NCBI GenBank assembly: GCA_049515835.1
Contig: JBEKTR010000001.1
Location: 10,070 to 74,069 of the forward strand
Direction: 5' to 3'
From: Terriglobales bacterium
GTDB taxonomy: Bacteria; Acidobacteriota; Terriglobia; Terriglobales; Acidobacteriaceae
Length of the DNA stretch: 64,000 nucleotides
The notes under the pieces were generated by a model. It ran no database searches. It had not been told where the DNA came from and saw nothing but the letters and a program-made list of their open reading frames with translations. Both the position numbers and the translations under genes were made by a program. Shown piece by piece: positions 59,996 through 64,000 of this stretch; the stretch's first letter is position 1, and each line of letters opens with the position of its first letter.

Positions 59996-60121
59996 GACAG
60001 TTCCTTACTTCAATCGTCTACGATTCACCGCACGGAACCGTCACGAGCGATGCCGATCTCTTGATCTTGTCTTTCTTAGAGCCTGCTTCAGAAGGTCTCT
60101 TAGATCGAATTCATACTATCC

Positions 60122-60161
60122 ATGCCTTCATGCCTTCATGCTTTCATGCTTTCATGTTTTC
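60122..60161. repeat. tandem 8-mer repeat (5 units)
   Basis: atgccttc atgccttc atgctttc atgctttc atgttttc. It lies about 125-165 bp upstream of the radical SAM start codon. Confidence 0.85.
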
Positions 60162-60270
60162 CGCCAACATTCTGCAAAACTCGATGTCGGAGATCTTCGT
60201 GGTATGGTCAGCTTTGTCCCTTCTGCTCTCCATTGCCCCACAGCGTTAATCAGGTGTCAGAGTCACGCGC

Positions 60271-60970
60271 TCAATGCCTAAACATTTTGTTGCGGACGTC
60301 GGGCCAGAACTCTTTTGCCACATTGAAGAGGGTATCCAGAGCTATTTGTTGTCCCCATTTGTTTGCGGTATTTCCAAGTGATCGATTCTCGGCCGGATAG
60401 TAGAGGTTGGAGATGCCTGCGGCGACAGCATTGCCAGCCAGCTCGGATGTGTTGAAGTGGTTGCGGCCATCATCGCCGCGAGTGATAACTTCCCGGCTCA
60501 TCGCATATCCAGTTCGTTTCCAAAATCCCCCTGTGGCTTTTACAAAATAACGAGGATCCTGGTGCAGAACGACTGGAAAGACCCTGCGCTCCCGTTCCGA
60601 AGGAACTGTATTGCTTCTGCGCCATGGATAGGCCGGCGAAGATGCCAGCCACGAGAAACGCTGAGGGATCGAAAGAGTCATCCAATGCAACTTTCATCTT
60701 CTCGGCAGACGTCAACGGTTTGATCTCCGCAGCATTTTCGTCGGAGCGATAGTTGGGAATTATCCAGAAGATGTGATTCTTGCTCGGTTCGTGCTGCGGT
60801 ACGCGCTGTGCAACGCTGGATGGAGCCGACTGAGACTGACTTGCACTTGGCGCATCTGGCAGCCCTGACGGTTCCTGTCCAATCGCCACAACTCCTCCCA
60901 CCAACAAGTTAGCGGAGACCAGTACACGGCAGACCATAGGAACAAACGAAGATGACGGCAACCTCCTCAT
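60271..60970 (-). pseudogene. conserved secreted hypothetical protein split by a frameshift near 60580-60600
   Basis: The N-terminal ORF (60470-60970) has a signal peptide and reads ...IPNYRSDEN...FGTGAQG. The C-terminal ORF (60271-60690) continues as VFPVVLHQDPRYF...ISNLYYP...EFWPD in another frame. The two protein-like parts meet at gcgcagggtctttcc. Confidence 0.5.
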
Positions 60971-61072
60971 GCTACTAAGGTTGATGCACGTTAGAGCGCC
61001 TCGCGAAGCAACATGAACAACTTGTCATTTGTTCGCCACGATGAATTCATCCCGCAGCTGATAATCTTCCTC

Positions 61073-61876
61073 ATGGGATCTCGTGAATGTGATCGCAGGG
61101 TGCGTTACCGACAACTCGCGATCGTATTTCTAATCCTCACCTTTGCTGCATCTCTCAGCCGCGCTCAAGACAATTACGAAATCCAGGTGTACGGTTCCGA
61201 CCTGGTCGATCCCGGACACACTATGGTGGAACTCCATAGCAACTTCACGATTGATGGATCGAAGACGATCGTCGAGGGTGTTTACCCCACCAATCACGCC
61301 GAGCACGAGACCGTGGAGATCACCCACGGCTTCAGTGACTGGTTCGAGTGCGGCTTTTACATCTTCACTTCCATAAACGAGGGCCAGAGCTGGCAATGGG
61401 TGGGTGATCACATCCGCCCACGCGTTGCCGTCCCGAAGAAGTGGCACTGGCCTGTAGGCGTGAGCATCTCAAACGAAATTGGCTACCAGCGGCGGCAATA
61501 TTCCGTGGACACTTGGACGTGGGAAATTCGTCCCATCGTGGACCAAAAAGTCGGCCGGTGGTATTGGTCCCTGAATCCCACGCTAGACCGGTCTTTCCAC
61601 GGCGAGAGCGTGAACCAGGGTGTTGTCTTTTCGCCAAACTTTAAATTCAGCTACGATGTCACTCCGAAAATCGCGGGAGGTCTGGAATATTACGGTTCAG
61701 TCGGCCCGGTGACGGGATTCGACGCCGTGTCGCAGCAACAGCACCAGATTTTCCCGGCGATCGATTTGAATATCGCGCCGCAGTGGGAGATCGATTTCGG
61801 CCTCGGCGTGGGTCTTACAGGTGCGACCGACCACCTAATCGCCAAGATGATTCTAGGTTATCGCTTTAATTTCTGA
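61073..61876 (+). CDS. putative outer-membrane beta-barrel protein (start uncertain: 61013 or 61073)
   Basis: Signal peptide ending SLSRAQD. Alternating-hydrophobicity strands. The C-terminus LGYRFNF has the terminal Phe typical of OMPs. Confidence 0.5.
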   Translation: MGSRECDRRVRYRQLAIVFLILTFAASLSRAQDNYEIQVYGSDLVDPGHTMVELHSNFTIDGSKTIVEGVYPTNHAEHETVEITHGFSDWFECGFYIFTSINEGQSWQWVGDHIRPRVAVPKKWHWPVGVSISNEIGYQRRQYSVDTWTWEIRPIVDQKVGRWYWSLNPTLDRSFHGESVNQGVVFSPNFKFSYDVTPKIAGGLEYYGSVGPVTGFDAVSQQQHQIFPAIDLNIAPQWEIDFGLGVGLTGATDHLIAKMILGYRFNF

Positions 61877-62175
61877 TTAAGAACGGGAGCGCAAAACTGC
61901 GTTTTCGTGCGGGGCAACGACGTTGTTGGTTATATCTACTGCCAGAAGTGCGAAGGGCGATTCCGTCCCGATGAGCCGTTGATGCGGAAGCTCGACCCGA
62001 AGGCAATTTTTGACACGCGCTTTTCAATCGACTCTTTCAGTCGTGCATCTCCAGTGGCGCTGAAATGTTCGAGTAACTCCGAAACGAGGCGTAATCGAAT
62101 CAGATGTGATTGCTTTCCCTGAAAAACGGGAAGCCTGAACATTTCTTGAGAGTCAATTTCAATCAACTCCGACAT

Positions 62176-62215
62176 TTTAGGAAGCCGCTGCTCTATCCAA
62201 CTGAACTACGGGGTC
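62176..62215 (-). pseudogene. partial copy of tRNA-Arg(CCT): 5' end through anticodon loop
   Basis: 40 nt align with 55310-55349 with 3 mismatches (at 62184, 62205 and 62214). Similarity stops just 3' of the anticodon loop. Confidence 0.65.
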
Positions 62216-62404
62216 ACTGCGACACAACCACATTATCTTAAGTGAATTTATCCAGGCAGATGCAGCGTGGGAGTCCGTGATTAGCCCAAGACATTCCATC
62301 AGAAATTAAGTAAGAACCTGCAATAAAAAATCAGACTCGCTCCGTTAGGGCTGGAAGCGCACCTTATTTTTGCGAACCATGCAGAAGCTATTTTTCGTTG
62401 ATAC

Positions 62405-62909
62405 TCACCTCTTAACTTCAATTTGGTTCGCGACTTGCTGAACATTGGGGGTTTTAGAAGCAAATCATTTGGGCTTGGGCCTTTTGATCTGAGTGCTTCA
62501 CACTTCCCGTCAAAGTTAAAACGCCATTCTTGGCTTTGTAATTTATGTCCTGCTTATCCAGTCTGGTTGAAATCAATGCAGCTTTGAAATTATTTTCGAT
62601 GCCGTCATCCAAGCTCGACGCAATATTTTGGATTCCGATTCGCTACCAACAATTTGGACACTGATTTCGTTCGCGACCTTATCACCTGGGGCATTCGTCT
62701 GTGCGATTTCACCGGCTTTTGATTTGTCTGCGTCTGAATGGAGAGCTCCGGTTAGAGTAATGGTGCTCTTCGAAGTGTTCTCGGAAACGGAAACGTCGGT
62801 CAGATCGGCCTCAATGCGCTTTGGACGGCATCTTTATAACTAACGCGGTTTTGGTTGCAACCAAGAGATGCAGCTAAACACACAGTAGAAGAACAACGGA
62901 ATAGTTCAT
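62405..62909 (-). pseudogene. tandem BON-domain lipoprotein (OsmY-like) gene disrupted by about four frameshifts
   Basis: GGAGAA plus ATG gives MNYSVVLLL. After a shift in a TGTGTGT run the sequence continues CLAASLGCNQN...YKDAVQSAL, then EADLTDVSVSENTSKSTITLTGALHSDADKSKAGEIAQTNAPGDKVANEISVQ, then NIASSLDDGIENNFKAALISTRLDKQDINYKAKNGVLTLTGSVKHSDQKAQAQMI, then ASKTPNVQQVANQIEVKR. Each piece is in a different frame. Confidence 0.6.
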
Positions 62910-63115
62910 ATGGTTTCTCCACGCGCGAATTGAGCCATCTACAGTCAATCGCATGTTTGAGGCGAATCTTCGGGGTGCGGTTGCCCTTGGCGTGTCAATT
63001 ACCTGAATCTACGGAGGTCCGGGGGAAGATTTCGATGGGTTCTTTCGGAGACGTCAGGGAATGGATGAAACGCACTATGGGATTCTCACGACCAGATTGA
63101 GTGCCGTAACCGCAC

Positions 63116-64000
63116 CTAGACCAATCCCCGGCGCAACTCTTCCAGCGGATACTTCGTCCCTCGCCAGACCACGCCTCCCTGCCCAAGCGTCAAGAACATG
63201 GAGCGCAGCATCGCGTAAACGAAGAGAATCGAACTGAAGGGATGAAGAAGAAAATAATAGGGCCGAACATCAGAAAGCCCAGACATGCCGACGTAAATGG
63301 CAAACATGCAGAACAACGCCAGGGCAAAGGGCAGACGCGCCCATCCATGCGCAGCGAATATTCCGACGAAAGGCATTAGATTCAGAAAACCGACGGCAAA
63401 ACTAGACGCCAACATCCGCCACGTCTGAAACGACATGACCGCGAAGAAATTCTTGGTGACATTGTTCACAATGCCGATGGCACCGTGACCCCAGCGAATC
63501 GAGATGAGATCATGGCCGAAGACATTGCGTTGGGCGAACCCGGCGGTCTTCACTACCTTGCCAAGCTTCATGTCATCGAGCACTTCAAAACGCAGGGCTT
63601 CATATGTGCCTACCGCTTCGTAAACCGATTTGCGAATCAAATTAAATGCGCCCACGCCCATATGGTCTTTCGTCTTGGGGTCGGCAACTTTCCACGGACG
63701 ATGCCCAAAGACAAACATCGTCTGAAAAAATGAAATCATCATTCGCTCGCCAACGCTTTTCATGATCATGCGAGGAAACAAGACGACGTGGTCGGCGGAT
63801 TCGGCTTCGCCGTAGGCGAGGGCGCGACGAAGCACGTCTGGCTTGAAGAATACGTCTGCATCGGTAAACAGAAGCCAATCGCCATCGGCTGCATTGGCTG
63901 CGGTCCACATGGCATGGGACTTACCCATCCAGCGAGGCGGAAGTTTTTCTACATGCACGATCTTCAAACGCGCGAGTGTCACACCGGAGGCGGCGACTTG
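63116..64000 (-). CDS. family 2 glycosyltransferase with C-terminal TM segments (5' end outside window)
   Basis: WLLFTDADVFFKPDVLRRAL (the DxD region) and a later ...IRWGHG motif region, with several C-terminal TM helices. The frame stays open to the window edge. Confidence 0.7.
   Translation of the reverse strand, partial: QVAASGVTLARLKIVHVEKLPPRWMGKSHAMWTAANAADGDWLLFTDADVFFKPDVLRRALAYGEAESADHVVLFPRMIMKSVGERMMISFFQTMFVFGHRPWKVADPKTKDHMGVGAFNLIRKSVYEAVGTYEALRFEVLDDMKLGKVVKTAGFAQRNVFGHDLISIRWGHGAIGIVNNVTKNFFAVMSFQTWRMLASSFAVGFLNLMPFVGIFAAHGWARLPFALALFCMFAIYVGMSGLSDVRPYYFLLHPFSSILFVYAMLRSMFLTLGQGGVVWRGTKYPLEELRRGLV

Noticed and set aside
61936-62175. 79-aa minus-strand ORF abutting the tRNA-Arg fragment (MSELIEIDSQEMFRLPVF...)
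   Set aside because: Only the first 50 aa or so look protein-like. It overlaps a plus-strand ORF of similar size, has no Shine-Dalgarno sequence and no recognisable family. It could be a relic, like its neighbours.

Overview
The window looks like a chromosomal segment from an Acidobacteriota-like soil bacterium. That is an inference from gene content and repeat families; GC content was judged by eye only and nothing was computed.

Layout:
- 1-3.5 kb: a pilM(partial)-pilN-pilO-PilP-like block that ends in an atypical pseudopilin.
- 4.6-21.7 kb: a plasticity zone with six paralogous secreted GloVer-type tandem-repeat proteins. Each has exactly seven GNLYGTT-type repeats. Mixed in are a delta-60-repeat protein, unknown secreted proteins and lipoproteins, a decayed integrase, tRNA-Leu(TAG), a GT39-like membrane glycosyltransferase carrying an in-frame repeat insertion, and clusters of REP-like hairpins.
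- 23.4-26.2 kb: modC and modB, pulled apart by an opposite-strand toxin-antitoxin pair and a degenerate tRNA-like sequence.
- 26.7-31.5 kb: a 1596-aa BNR/Ig-like surface protein.
- 32.8-39.3 kb: two paralogous LuxR-type regulators whose receiver domains lack the phospho-acceptor Asp. They bracket an ExeA-type ATPase and a tandem TonB_C protein, and ugd and uxs follow.
- 39.7-45.3 kb: a minor-pilin operon ending in a 1009-aa PilX-N-terminal giant.
- 45.4-55.3 kb: mostly housekeeping genes, including a HAD hydrolase, a PadR operon, DinB, acs, a DCC-family protein, ssb and tRNA-Arg(CCT).
- 55.3-63.1 kb: a decaying region with an OmpR/histidine-kinase pair and a B12-radical SAM gene, plus a VIT fragment, a frameshifted gene, a multiply frameshifted BON lipoprotein gene and a second copy of the 5' half of tRNA-Arg.

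No rRNA, CRISPR array or intact transposase was seen. The candidates for undescribed biology are the seven-repeat GloVer paralog array and the atypical-regulator/ExeA/TonB_C module. All family assignments come from motif recognition by eye and need HMM or BLAST confirmation.
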